Shown here: one piece after another, positions 1 through 21,338 of the stretch
Numbering within the stretch: the stretch's first letter is position 1
Layout: the number at the start of each line of letters is the position of its first letter
DNA from: Trichoplax adhaerens
Taxonomy: Eukaryota; Animalia; Placozoa
Direction: 5' to 3'
Length of the DNA: 64,000 nt
Assembly: GCF_000150275.1 (NCBI RefSeq)
Contig: NW_002060943.1
Coordinates: forward strand, 7,758,066-7,822,065
Position numbers and translations under genes: made by a program
The notes under the pieces: generated by a model
The model's input: only the letters and a program-made list of their open reading frames with translations
Told to the model about the DNA's origin: nothing
The model's database searches: none

Positions 1-7036
<7,036 letters not shown>

Positions 7037-10000
7037 TATCGGACTTATACGTACATTACGTTGTTCCTTAAAGTGCTGGCAATATGTGTACCGTATTTAT
7101 ACAGTATAGTACACATACTTACACTTGGTTATTGTTAACTGTAAATTATGCAATCTGCAAAATTAAACAGATTTAAAACTTTAAAATGAAGCTCCTTAAT
7201 TAATTATCTTTTGATTACATTGTATACCGATGTAAGTATTTTATACACTGTCTGTACGGTAGTTGGTTTATGACTGATTTGATATGTGGATACAGTGTAC
7301 TATAGTACCTTATACGGCTTCGATCGTAGTAATATCGCTGAAAGGTAAAGTTACGAAAAATATTAATTTTAGATATAAAACAGTTCTTTTACGGTAAGAA
7401 AAATGCTGGTACGAGAGTATGCATATTGTACAATGATGTATTCAAGTTTATGTCATTATCATTTTAACGTATTTAAAATTAATATGTACGCCTGGCGTAA
7501 TTCTGTATTTATTCCTTGCTCCAGCTGCCATCCGTATACGAAGACGCTATATCATATATCATAATAGCTATCCTTGTGTAATGTGCAATTAGGCCATTTT
7601 TTGTATTAATCCATATATTATTGTATAAATTGTGGCTAATGCCTGAAATGGGGCTATTATACATAACAACCACTTAACATTGTGCATATCGCTTATAACA
7701 CATATCTCAATTTCTGGTCAACTTTGAGGTGTGCTTGCATAGGATTAGTGTGGATATACCACAATGTAGTAGAAATGAAATTTAAAGATACTTCTTCAAT
7801 GGTCCACGATGGCTTTAAAATAAAGACAATTGCCAAGTGATAAAGAGTTAATTATTCTCATATGAGTTATTCATCATCTCGTGAATGATATACTGTTATA
7901 TATAATCCTTCTTCTAATTTATTAAAATCTAAAATTTACTATTGTATCCATTAAAGGATATTTCATAAAAAAATAGTACATAATTCTACAAATTTTGATT
8001 AAAGAAAATATGACGTTCATCCTAATGCTAATTTAGATGTAGTTATAGATTCACTGTTGAAGCGATCACACTAGTTACTTAACCCTGCTAATCAAGGACT
8101 TCTCTAAGACAAAATAGTCTATGTCAGGCTTGAAGTGGATCGTATAGTGATAAGCTATAAGCATATGAGTATAAAGGGGATATTTAATTAAGATAGGGAA
8201 CCGCGTGTAGCGGACTGGTATTTCTTCTCTGTAGGGGCTATGAGCCATGACGGGGTAACCTTTTAAATTAAAATCCACTGCAGTAGTGACGGAAGATAAT
8301 TTTACGATAATTTTGCTATGATATCTATGAGTTTGTGCTACTTTATTATTATATGTAACTGGTACCTTACGTTATTTTATCTCTGCATACGACAATTAAG
8401 AAATTCGCATTGCTACGGTAAAGGAGTTAAATATAGAATAGTAACTTGTTGCACGGAATATTGTAGCAAAAATAGAAAAATAAGTCGATACACACGTAGG
8501 ATACAATGTGCACTGATAAATTAACCTAACTATTAGAATGTATTCAGTCTACCCTTATTTCGATTATAGTATGTGATAAAGCATCTCCAGTATTATAATC
8601 ATATTATATATCAAAATGTAATTAATTGATTATATAATGAATCGTTCACGGTGCATTCGTGATGTATCTTATAGAGCTTTAGTTTCATGAAATTTTGATA
8701 TTATTACAATGCTTTGCTTTATTGGTTAACCTGTTATGCGACGCCATGGTTTTGGTGGCTGATACGTAGGATGATAAGAAAATGTATGATGACATAATAC
8801 CAGACGTTTGATAATCTTTAAGTATCAGAACAGATAGATTAAGGCATTATAAGATCGCTCATAGGAAATTTTATTTGATTTCTAATTGTAACTGGCTTCT
8901 TGTAAATATTTTCGTCGGTACTGATGATAGGAATGTGCATAAAACAGCGATAAACTATTACATTCAGCAAATGGCTTTATCCTCACCAGGAATACAGTAT
9001 CTTTATTTCGTTGGCAATTAATAAATTTAAAAGTATTTAATACAACTATGAGACATAAATATAAATATATTACTGCCCTTAATTACCGTACACAGTAATT
9101 ATCATAACGTTTGCAGTCTGCATCAGCCCTCATAGTATTGACATTATATGATAGCTATCGGATATTTATACTAATTTTACTTCTTTAATTGAATATTGAT
9201 ATCAAAGGTTAAGTACGATAGGAACTCTTAACAACTGTTAATCATCATTTAAACAACAATAAAGTATGCATAAAATGTTGGATAATTATGACAACTGGGT
9301 ATACTATTTTACCCATTGAATTATTTTACCGCACTCTAGTGATGGATACAGGAAAGTACTACAGCAAATTACTTGGTTGATACCTACATTTGCTGCGACA
9401 TTTGTGTACACCATCTGATCCAATCACCTAAGAATTGGTAAGATGTACGGTACGATTAGTATAATGGTATGAATTAATTTAACAGATTGAAGCAATCCTG
9501 TACATAATTATCTTTGACGCATACACGTATATGTAAATAGTAACACAGTAATGATATGCTAAGAGCTGCTAATGTAAATATGCCGAAGTGAAATTCTGAT
9601 GAATAGCAAGTTACATGTTTAAAAATTAATCTATCGTTATGTAGTGAATGAAAGTCTTGAATATAGCAATGCAGTTTATAAATTCATAAAGTATGCTAAG
9701 GCATTGACGGATTTATTCATTTGTTTACTGTACTCTGATAGCTATAATAGCGAATTAATAGTTGTAATATCGATTTCGAGTGGGATCGTGGGATAGCTAG
9801 TTGTATGTCATACAGTAGAGATGAAATCATGTCGTTATTCAGATATCTAAAATATAGATTGTAGTATATGTATACATGCTGTGCGATAGAGAATGATTAC
9901 TACGTAATAAAACTCGCTAGTGTTGAAATAAATCACCGCTGAATCAGTAATTATCCAGTAGGATTATCAACAGCCTGCAATAGGGCATTGAAAGTACAGA

Positions 10001-10434
10001 TTTGATAGTATTTTATTACCATAACATTGCAAATGTATCACATTAACTTGACGGCTATGAATGTCTACTCCGTAAAGTGTCAAGTTTCAAGTTTAGTTAA
10101 GTTCATAGCTTTATGACGGAAAGTTAAAACAATACCCAGTAGAGCTTTGGATTATATCCAATTTTATCATTATCATGTTACACCGTATTACTATTTCGCA
10201 CTTTTTCTATGTAAAGATAAATATCAGTTAATTTTACTTTACTACAATTATACACGTGGTCAAGTACGCGTATACGAATAAGATAATAATAATAATCATA
10301 GTGGTAATTAACATTGAATATATTAAATCGGACATTCCATCAAATTTTTTTGGACAGATGCTATATACTGTAAATGAGATATACGGCTTTATATTGATTA
10401 CTAGTATAATTAATGCATCTACCAGCGTCTACAA

Positions 10435-10529
10435 TAGACCCCGCCAGTTTATGAAAAGTTCTTAGAATATTTAACTTAAGCTGTCTAGTAAGTATATTCT
10501 AAGAACTTTTCATAAACTGGCGGGGTCTA
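10435..10529. mobile_element. 95-bp MITE with perfect 36-bp TIRs and 8-bp TSD (hAT-like)
   Basis: 10435-10470 TAGACCCCGCCAGTTTATGAAAAGTTCTTAGAATAT is the exact reverse complement of 10494-10529. Spacer is 23 bp. Flanks GTCTACAA (10427-10434) and GTCTACGA (10530-10537) match 7/8. Confidence 0.8.
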
Positions 10530-10790
10530 GTCTACGATTAAGTCGGTGTAATCTACTGTACGGTCTAATGTATTGTTAGCTCCCTAAATTGTACAGGACT
10601 ATTACAATTGCCGTTATCACATGATAGTTCATTTTTAAATTGTTGAAGGTCGGCTAGGATTACCACCTGTCGAATCCGACCAGATGCACTGGATGGAATG
10701 AGTTAAAAGATAAGTGCTTTCAGTATGGCTGTATACATCGATCAACTGAATTAGGTGCTATCGTATTCGTTGTACGCTGTATGTATACAG

Positions 10791-10841
10791 TATATATATA
10801 TATATATACTGTAGAGAGAGAGAGAGAGAGATAGATAGATA
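10791..10841. repeat. compound microsatellite (TA)9-(AG)9-(ATAG)n
   Basis: Read directly from the sequence. Confidence 0.9.
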
Positions 10842-11199
10842 AGCTCTTTTATTAAAGTAATTTACAATGTTGGTTTTCCCTTTTAGAGCACGCTTCAAAT
10901 CAATAAAATTATTACGTGTAAAATGACAATTCAGCATGTGCTGCATGTGTGTCGTGTGTTGGCATTTTTCTGTTTTGTATTTTAAATTTAAATGGATTAG
11001 GAAAAACGCCAAAAACTTAAAGTATGCAAAGGAGGCTGGATCTTTTTATTTTCTTATTGATTAATAGAGAAAAGACTGGAATTCGTTGATGAGAATAGTT
11101 TATTTAAGCATTGAATGCATTATGTTGTTGTTGATCATTCCTAGAATCAGTCCTAGCTCGATAGGGTTCAGTATGGAAATGGATGAGGGAGTGTGGAGT

Positions 11200-12430
11200 A
11201 AAGTGTACAGTATTTGTCTTCCAAGCTACAGTACAGTACTGTACTGTAGTTGCGGTGATTGTGGTGTTTGGCTGATACTGTACAGTACGTACACTGTAGA
11301 CACTACAGTACTATTGATTGGCAGGTCTTTTTTATGGGTCTTTTTTGAAGTCTTGAGTCATTTTTCCGGCAATGGTAAAACCTGCCAATCAGTACCCTAG
11401 AGCACGCAACTGCCTGTGCCTTAATGCAATTACTATACTGTAGATGCGCTCTATGGTAAAGTAGTGATTGGATAGTCCAATTCCGTCTGGGTAAAAAGTT
11501 GAAGCTGTCACTATGGACATGAGACAATGCTATAGTGGATTTATGTAAGACGGGGCCCTACAGAACATAACAAATTTTTCAATATAATTGACTTAAGACA
11601 GTAAACAATACAGGAAACAGCTGCACGTTGGTAGTGGCATTCCCACGATTGACTTCACGACCATCGCGGCAGATTATCTAGTCGTACTGTATTGGAGGCT
11701 GTCGTCACGCTGATAGGGTAGATTTAAGTTATGAAGTTAAACCTCCAAAGTCCAAAGTGGAGCTTTTTTCACTATGACGGACGGATAGGGTAAGATTTTG
11801 GTCGCTGTAGCCAGAGCCAAAAGCGTTAACTGTGGCACTGACAAACGCTGTTTTTATTCCGGTTGGCAGTGTACAGTACAAAGTACAGTACTGCATACAG
11901 TATTTCTTCTCGCTTGATACTGTAGTGTACAGTACAGTACAGTACACTGAACACTACAGTATCTTGTACTGCACAACAGTACTGTACACTGAGTAAATGG
12001 AGCGGAATGAAGCGGGAATTCTACAGTACTTTACTGTAACAAGTGTCACTGTCCACAGCGTCCTGTCGACAGTACTGTACTGTACAGTGTACAGTACTTA
12101 TACTCTAAAAGTCGACTTGATTACGCAATACACCTTACAAATAATCTTGCTAAGCATGGCGATAAACAACGAATGACGGTCACACGACCGTAAGTGTAAC
12201 AACTTTGGTGTTGTCACTTGTAACACGGATGAGCAAGTAGCGTCACTTTATGAGTTACTGTACAAAGTACTGTACTGAAAAGGGTCAGTGGTCTTGATTC
12301 GCTTCTGCACCGTAGTGTACTGGTAGAGAAAATTTCGACAATGTACAGTATGTAGTACTGTACGGTACCGTACTCCAAATGAACATCTCCTTCGATCTGC
12401 AGGTCACTAGCATGGTAGTACAGTATATAA
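11200..12430. repeat. CAGTA/TACTG pentamer-rich clusters upstream of YAP
   Basis: Dense runs such as CAGTACAGTACTGTACTGTAG (11229), GTACAGTACAGTACAGTACACTG (11927) and CAGTACTGTACTGTACAGTGTACAGTAC (12070). Confidence 0.75.
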
Positions 12431-13284
12431 CTGATTGACTGGAAGGCAAGTTCGAAAAAAGTTTTTCTTTACCTTTGAGGTTACACAGACCAACACTCAA
12501 TACAACACACTGTACTCGCCGCATTGCAGTGCAGCCCTTTGGCAAAGAAAAATTGTTCTTACCTATTTGATTTTTAGCCTTTTTACCACATTTTTTCTCA
12601 ACCAAGTCCACCTCAATAATTCATTCAATAGTAGCTGGCTCTGTAGCATTCTTGGCCATCTCTTCCAAGCCTTTTTTATGCATACATACTGAGAAATCAA
12701 CCTGTGTCAAAGGTTTGTTGTATTCTTATCAAAGACGTGTTTGAAATAGAGGATTAAAACTCCACGTCCTTTCTCGACCGTTGTTGACATCATGGAAAAT
12801 AGTTCAAATGAACCGATGCAGCAGTTGAACACAGTTTCAATACTGGAAATAAATAGATTAATAAATGTTACCTTGTATTAGTATTTTAGTGACTCATTTT
12901 GGAAACTATTCTTGTGCAATAGGACGTTCAAAGTTAGCAACATCGTTTTGCCTCTACAGGCATAAACAACACGTCCATTCAGTCGTATGGTATGGTGTAT
13001 TGTATGAGCAGTACGTGCTACATTAGTTGTAGTCTTGCAGATAACGACCTACGTCGCAACACGAGTGTGTTGACGTCTATTCTAGAATTGCTTTTCTTTT
13101 AGCCTGCTTCCCTTTTTTATCCTATTACCTAATTTATATTTTTAGCTTTGATAACTGAAGATGCAATTTCATAGGCTAACTTTGTTTTTCTTCTACATAG
13201 ACATTGCGTTGTTTAATAAAATATTGAGGAGCGTATCAATCTACAGTTTTCTTCCGACCTTATTTCTCTTGGTGGTGAAAGAAA

Positions 13285-16200
13285 ATGGATCAGAAACCTC
13301 AACCTGTAGTTCATGAACGTCATGACTCAAAAGAAGAATTAGAACGATTATTTAATGTATTAAATTCACAAAATAACCCTACAGTACCTATGCGTGATCG
13401 TCGTTTACCTTATTCATTCTTTCAAGGGCCAACTCGCCCCTATGATTCCAATAATACAACTGCAACGTTATCGACTGATAACAATTTCGGTGTTGGCGAT
13501 AGCATCGTTCATCCTCGTATCAAATCTTCACCTGCATCATTTCCGTACCACAATAATAACAGTGACATGACTAACAGTAACAATTCAGCTTTTCAACACC
13601 GTAATCAACCGCTTCATCCTAAACATCATTCTAGCAGTGCGGCATTTCGTAATGAAAACGCTCATTCTAATAAATCATTTCCTGCCGATGTAAACTATAA
13701 GAATTTGATCAATCCTAACGTGGCAATGCGACAACTGCCAATGGCCAGGTAAAGTGGTAGACACTATAAATTTTTTTAAATTCTTCAGTTACCTTTATTA
13801 TAGCCTACTTCTATTAGCAATTGGACATGAGGAATAGTAAAAACTGTAATCTATACATTACTTTTCAACATAAAAGACAAAGGTATTTGTTTTCAATCTA
13901 TTCCATTTGACGTAGCAATGTGTTAATCCATGCACTGTCCATACCTAGGCGCTGTTTATTGATCAGATTGTGATACGAGATTTGATTTCCTTATGTTATT
14001 TAATTTACTTTGAAGGACTATCTTTCTTTTCTATTGATGTAAGATAAGTAGCTTTATTTAATTAATTAATTTTTTGTCTCCAAATTGTTACTCTCGGCCT
14101 CAATACACAAGTGTAAATGGTGGATATCTATATATTAATCAATATTGGGATCCCTTTTTTGATTTTATGAATATAGCACTAGGAGTATACTAGTTTTATT
14201 CGAAGTAATCTTTTTCTGTCAGCAGTAGATTCAACACCATAGCTAATAAGGAGACAAATCAAGATGATACAAAATCACGAAGAACTTCTTTTTTTCATTG
14301 CATCGACATTATACTGTATTCACAGTACAGTAAAGTAGATTAATTAAGCCGAAGTTAAACGATGAATTAATACCGTACTGCACACTACACTGTACAGTAC
14401 AATGTACACGTTTAATGCAGTATCGCCACAAGTCAGAACTACAACTTCGAGTGAGAGTACTGAGTACTACGCAAATTATCCAATGTTATTTTATTGATCG
14501 CGGTCAATTTTTTGCCATGGTGATGCTTTTTGAGTTATCGCTATGATCTGAACATGCTTTATCTTTGATCCTTAAATCTACTATTTTGATTGTAGTATTG
14601 ACTCTAATTTATAATTAATGTTTACTGATACAGTCTTATTATTCCAGTACACCACATTTCACTATCTGCTATTCTTGATGACATACGGTACGGCCTCAAA
14701 CTTAAATGCTCGATTCAACATTTTGTCGTACCCATCAATATTGTGTGCTACTGTAATAATTTCCTATGATGTCATCACTTCAAAGTTATCACTCGAGCAT
14801 AATTAATTGAAGTTATGGCATAATATTGTTATTACTTACATATGGACTGTTGAGGATGCATTCGTGAGAGATTTTGTCTGTCCTTTAGCCCTTTCAAAAT
14901 GGCGATTGAAAAGATTTTATCATGACGACTTCTTCCTCCTTTTGCTATACAATACTAATGACATAAAAAAACATTCAGTCGATCGCTTGTTTTTACAACA
15001 ATTGTACCTGCTCATTTAAAAAGCCTAATGCTAGAGACTGCGTGTAGACATTGTATTTGTATTTGCCGATAGGCCGATGACGACGTTACTCATTGCAACA
15101 CCCGGATGTTGTTTGAATACGTCTGCCAAAAGTTATTGTTAAGTATAGCATTAGTATTTTATTTCCAACTTCAAGACACTATCACTTTTTATTATTTATT
15201 TTAAAGTTGTTAAACGTTCGGTACAGTATCATGCAACTAAACCAAATCAATTTCGGTTATTGTGTACCTTAACTTAACTCGAGCCGCCAATAATACCGTG
15301 GTAACGCTAGTTGCCAGTCTGTTTTTTTCTTTAATTAATGGAACTATCATTCCCTACATTCGCAGTACTTATATGTTTTAACTACAGTACTATTCTGTAG
15401 GTGCGGCTATACTCGTACACAGTATTTAATTATGAGATTGTTTCGTCGTTATAAATCTCGGGGCTCTGCTGTATACTGTACTGTTTGTAAGACTTATTCC
15501 ACATCATAAAGAGAGTCATTTATTTTTGTAAGTGGGGATTTTTGACGCCTATAAAAGTAGAACAACTCGCCCGATTGATCCAATTTCGTGAAAGAGTATT
15601 TCTTAATCTTAATGTAGCCACCCTGACCCAGTGTCTGATCTTCTATCGCAAAAGTAATCATATTGATAGATTTATTAGATAATTCGGTTGATTCAAATTT
15701 AAAAATAGATTTGATGACAAATGCAGCATCATTAATTGCCAAACTTTCAGCTTAAAATTGCTCAATTACGGTATTGTTTGCACTTGGCGGTATGCAGTGG
15801 CTAATCACACGAGATTCCTTTTCGAAATTTATAAATTTTACTGATGTACTGCAATAAAAAGTGTTCTTAAAAATTTCTACGTAAGTAATCATCAATTTGG
15901 ACTACCATTGGGAATAGCAATCTTGTAAATAGCCTCTTGTATTGTTTAACCGTCTACTGTAATATTTAAACGAATTTCACTTTGATCTCATTTCACCAAA
16001 TCATCCTATACATTACAGTATAATGAAATCCCTTCCAGGTACTCTACAACCTACTTTAGCATCCATTGCTTTTCAATGCCTAACGATCATATTGTAATTA
16101 TTATTTATATTTTAGAAGCATTAAGATGAACTTGTACTAATGTTCTTCTAAATTATCCTTGAAGGCCCTTTATTACCGAAATTATTTCATTATTCTTTAT

Positions 16201-18428
16201 TGCTTTTAGCATTTTGTAAAAAATTTGCGTCAATCCATTGTTCAAATTTATTTAACCTCCTTTGCGACTGTACTGGAAAGTAAAGAGTTAAGTTCAAATT
16301 ATGAACAAGGACACCTTTTCGTAGTCCTTGACACAGAATTAAATATAATCATTGTCATGTACTCTAATTGTAGTCATCAAAACTCAATCTACCAGATAAA
16401 TCCTTTAGCTACTGCGAGAAAAGTGACGAGACTTATTTCTTTGAATGGATTTTAGAGTATGAAATGTTTCGGAAAGGGAGCATTAAGCATAACTACGTGC
16501 TTAGCTTACAAAAAAATGCCTTGTCATCATATTTACTTTCGATTGAAATCTTCGTACTAGACCCTTTTATCAGTAAAATGCCGCCAACATTTGATCTGCA
16601 GTACTTCTCCGTGTTATGAAATGGATTTTATAAACTGCATTTGCGATGATAGATGAATATTGTCAAAGACAGAAATTTGATGTGTGTTAGGATGAGCTGA
16701 GGTTATAATTATAATTTGCCTTTTGTAACTCTAGAACAGATTTGTCAGCCTTAAAGTGTACGTCTTTTAAATAATATATGCTATATTTCTTAAGCTCGAT
16801 TGTACTGTTCAATCTAGTATGTATATTGTACATTACATATCTTTATTTATCACGGACAGTGCAGCAATTGACCTTTTTTAATAGTTAAACGTAAATACCT
16901 CACGCTGGTACACTCAACAGTTGACTATAGCTAAAAACTTATGCCTTTGTTCAACATAATTTTACAAAGTTTGTCCATACAACATTAACAGCTGGAACAT
17001 CTCCGTTAATTGTCTATTTCACAATTACAATATACCGTATGGGTTACAAATTGTCGTGTGAATTGTTATAACTTTCTATCGATATATAACGTACATGGTG
17101 TGACTGTAATTTAATTTTGCGAAGTGGAGATATACAAGTTGAAATTTGGGATTTAGGTAACTAGTACCTTCGAATTTATAGACAATGTTGCTAACAATAA
17201 CTATGCAGGATTCACTGCTTTGATACATATACACATCATTTACTGGAAATCTTATGTAAGTTCACGTAAGATTTCAAATTGGTATGATTTAAGTTGTCAA
17301 CTTCTGTAGCCACATTATTTAATCAGACTGATGTTCATCATTTCGATATTCTAAATCATCAAATTTTTGATTATCTTCTGTATAGTTGAAATTTTAAACT
17401 AACTTTGAGCAGTTGTTGCCGTACTAATTCGTGATTTCACATTCTAAATATTATAGAAGTGCTTACTGCGTAAACTAATTTGTACAATAGAACTATTTTA
17501 TTTATTTTTTGGCTATCAATGCGCCTTCAATGAGGAATAATGTAGCAGCGCGCTATTCATGTGATCTTCATTGAAGTGTTTCTCTTATTTTCTAACTTTG
17601 TTTAATATAATTTTGCTTAAATTATTTAGCCCTGTGCAACAAAACGGCTTACACATCAGGGGAGGTAGCGGAAGTGGGTTACATCCCAATAATGGACCTA
17701 TGCAAGCAAAATTACCTGATGGATGGGAGAAAGCCTTCACTCCGGAAGGTCAGGTGTATTTTGTAAATCATATTACCAGAACAACAAGTTGGAATGATCC
17801 AAGAAGAAGTATGATGCAGGCACAAAGTCCAAATCCCGTTATACAATCACCACTAAAGACCACTTACGATCTGCCCAATGATAAAGCTATGCAAGAATTA
17901 CAGATGATGCAATTAGAAAGAAAACATTTAGAACAGAAAAGAGAAGAAATGCTTAGAAAAGAATCTGAAATTAAACGTCAAATTGAAACGTATCAACGAC
18001 AACAAATACCTGTAGGCCGTACGGAGCAATTATTGCACCGACCTGGATTAGCTACGACTGCTGCACCTAATGGTATACCCAATCATAATCCTGGTCTGAT
18101 TAAACGAGAGCCAAGTAGCCCCTCTCCCATGCAAATTGATTATCCAACTCCACAGCATAATTCTTTACCGACAGATATTCAAGCCAATTTAAGCCAAGGT
18201 CAGATGTTGAATTACCGCGGCGGTAATATATCGATCAATAATCAACTGGCAAACGGGGGATTTAATAATCAAATAATGTCTGAAAATAATGAACCAGATA
18301 TCGAAGAATTAATTCAAAGTTTGAGCACTTCCGCACAAGACTTAGATATTGAGGCCACTTTAATAGATAGAGATGCTATCGCAAAAATTGAATCCGATCT
18401 TGTTAATACTGAACCTGATTGGTACTAA
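13285..18428 (+). CDS. YAP1: YAP/Yorkie transcriptional co-activator, join(13285..13748,17630..18428), 420 aa
   Basis: TEAD-binding domain VVHERHDSKEELERLFNVL...PMRDRRLPYSFF; HxRxxS motifs including HPRIKSSP; one WW domain LPDGWEKAFTPEGQVYFVNHITRTTSWNDPR; coiled coil. The GT-AG join keeps frame (1263 nt). Probable 5'UTR acceptor at 13200. Confidence 0.93.
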
Positions 18429-20304
18429 AGGAAATCACGTATTACTTGTAAGATTGCAGTGTACAAATTTCGAAATTAGTTATAAATTGTATGAGATGAG
18501 TGAGAATCTATTGGTTTCTGGTCATTTAATTTATAACCATAAACTTAAGATAATGATATATACAAAGTAAGTACTACATTTATTTCGCTGGCATCGTTTA
18601 ATCGATGGTAGACTACAAAATCCTATGGTATGATGCTTTAGAAACGTATGTGCGATAATACCAATTAATTCAAGTGAATGTACATGAAAAAGTTGCTGAT
18701 CTGATCTGAACATCTTATTGGATTGTAACATGGTATAAGATATGATATAGTTATTGTTGATAACTCCTGAGCTGAAGTCGAACTTTTGTTACAGTGTAAT
18801 CTCCCATGATTAAAATATCCTTATGTTAACCTATGTAAATACGAGATGTGGAGCTAAAATTTGTTTTATACTAATTTTATTATATTGAAGAAGTGTAACT
18901 ATTTCTGCTAAATTACTATGCGATCAAGTTGTAATGCAATAGCGACTGTAGTCCCAAGTTGATGTTTACAGTAATGCGTTATATTATAATTATAAATTGA
19001 TTTGATTTGAAGCTTAATTCAGAAGTTTAATTTAAAGTGCAACTCTAACTCTACGTAAGAATCGATATCAACCACTTAGATAAATAATATAATTAATAGG
19101 CGGTATCGTTAAAATGAAAATACAAAATATTCGTAATTTGTTATTAGTCATATATACGGATATCGCTTGATAATTTTATAATTATCACTTTAAGAGATTT
19201 TACTATTTTACATACAGTAAAACTTGCTGCTTTTCTATCACGTCCAGTCTTTTATTCTCGCCATGTTTACACTTGCACTGGTGAATACTAATTGCGCTAA
19301 GATGTAACTCCCAAAGTTACTACCCAAAATGTGTAAATTTTTAAAATTTGTTTAACCTCTAATCTTTTTATTGCCTATTGTTTTTACCTTAACATTGTTA
19401 AATCTCTGACTACCGTTACGGTATCTAGAGGGAATAAAATTTTATGTATCCTAAATATATATATTTTTTTGATGATACACTTGGTGTGACACGGAAAGAA
19501 GGCTTGCTACTACTCAAGTGAATTTGTTCATATTATCAAAATCTAGTCGTCTCTTAGTCAAGCATTAAACTTTGAAAAATGTATAGAAAGCTCTTGTACA
19601 GTACGATATACTGTACTATACCGTAATTGCTTTTTATTGAATTTTCATAAATGATCATACCACATGATTACTAACTATCCTTATTGACTTTTAGTATGTA
19701 ATCTATGAGTCCGTTCTGCATACTGAATAGTATCGTATAGGGCAATATCAACAGACAGTCTTCAGCAACATGAGCTATGATGAATAACGTTTAAAATGTT
19801 ATTTGCTCATTTTATAGTCTAGTACAAATTCCATGTATAGATGTGACCGGATGAGCAACTAATTTCTACGGTAATGCTTCAGTGCCTATCATATATTTAC
19901 GATGTTATGGTGTGGAATGTACAGTACCGTAGACATGTCCCGATGCTTAATAGAGCCAGTAAGATCGCTGAAGCAGTTATATGCGTAACAAAAAATAGAA
20001 AGTTATTAATAGTAACTTACAGCTGTATACGCGAGACAGGCCAATATATTATATAGTAATTACAATATAATTACAGAAATGAGTAATAATGTACGATTTG
20101 ATGATTAATTACGGTATATATTAGTTTCACGAGGCCAATAAAGGATCAATTGGCGTAATTCATTAGTGTTAATTTTTCTCCTGATATACAATATATCAAC
20201 GAAATGTTGGAAAGTGCGTTTAACACCAGTATAAAATTTCGAATAATATGGTAAATTTTCTTTTCAGTTACAAAATTAAGCTAAGTAAAATATTTAAGAT
20301 CACT

Positions 20305-21338
20305 TTACAATATCGAGGCACTGTAATCGATTGTACGATTAACTACGCGGCAATCGAATTCATCACAAAACGATTCAACAAATGGTTCTATTGCCTCGTC
20401 AACTGTAACTTCCCGATCGCAAATGGCAGTTAATGAGGTGACTCCTTTGCCATGAATACCACACGGCACGATATGATCAAACCACGATAGGTCAACGTTG
20501 CAATTCAAAGCTATGCCATGCAGTGTAATCCATCGCGATGAATGTATACCTGATATGAACACAAAAATCCTTCTTATTAATTATAATATTTTGACTTTAC
20601 AAACGCTGATTAAATAAATTGTCAGTATAAATGAGATCTCCAAATACTGTTTTAAAATCCTTACCCTACAGCATTAAGATAGCGAATTAGCGATAGTTAC
20701 TGTACAATGCAGTACTTCTAGATGAATCAGCCTTGATATCAGACGATTAACAAATACTTGCTGTAGCTTACTAGTCTCTATGCGTACAGTAATTTATAAA
20801 ATTAGAAATAGATTTAATCAATAACTATACCTATTGCTGCGATCTTTTCATCATGAACCCATACACCAGTGTGTTCAGTAGTTTTTGCAGTTACATTGAA
20901 CCGGTTACAAGTTGCAATCAGGCATTTCTCCAGTTGGTGAATATACCAACGAAGACTTTTCGTAAAATGAGCTAAATTAATAATAGGATAACAAACCAAT
21001 TGGCCAGGTCCATGAAATGTAATTAATCCACCGCGGCTAGTTTTATAATATTCACAGTTTAAGTTTAGTTTTTTTAACCTCTGCACTTCTTCATCGAATC
21101 CATCTTGACGCACACCTATAGTATAGACTGGATCATGTTGACAAATCAGCAAAGTATCCATGGCATCATAGGGTGAATTCTGACCATCCATAACATTTTT
21201 GCCATCACCATTCAAGCCAGTTGGTTGATTGAGCATTTGTAGTTGAGCCCGTTGTAAAGCCTTTTGAATTTCTAATCCTCGAGTGTATTTGATCCTTCCC
21301 AGATTTCGAACAGCTATGGAACGGATAGTCATCTTCAT
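20305..21338 (-). CDS. LIPT2: Octanoyltransferase LipB/LIPT2, complement(join(20305..20549,20831..21338))
   Basis: Motifs LLICQHDPVYTIG, RGGLITFHGPGQLVCYPI, KIAAIG|IHSSRWITLHGIALNC and IVPCGI (catalytic Lys/Cys motifs of LipB). Confidence 0.93.

Noticed and set aside
8222-8233. TACAGAGAAGA (U6 ACAGAGA-box-like) on the minus strand
   Set aside because: Only ~11 nt match; flanks do not resemble U6.
10690-12020. TEAD sites (GGAATG/CATTCC) suggesting YAP autoregulation
   Set aside because: A few hexamers, no more than base composition would predict.
11086-12692. ORFs rich in Y/C/T/V/S (also 21456-21650, 51757-51960, 52226-52543)
   Set aside because: Artefacts of CAGTA/TACTG arrays, which lack stop codons. 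No recognisable domains.
15900-15925. LPLG codons in the YAP intron as a cryptic WW1 exon
   Set aside because: No Trp follows and there are no other WW residues.
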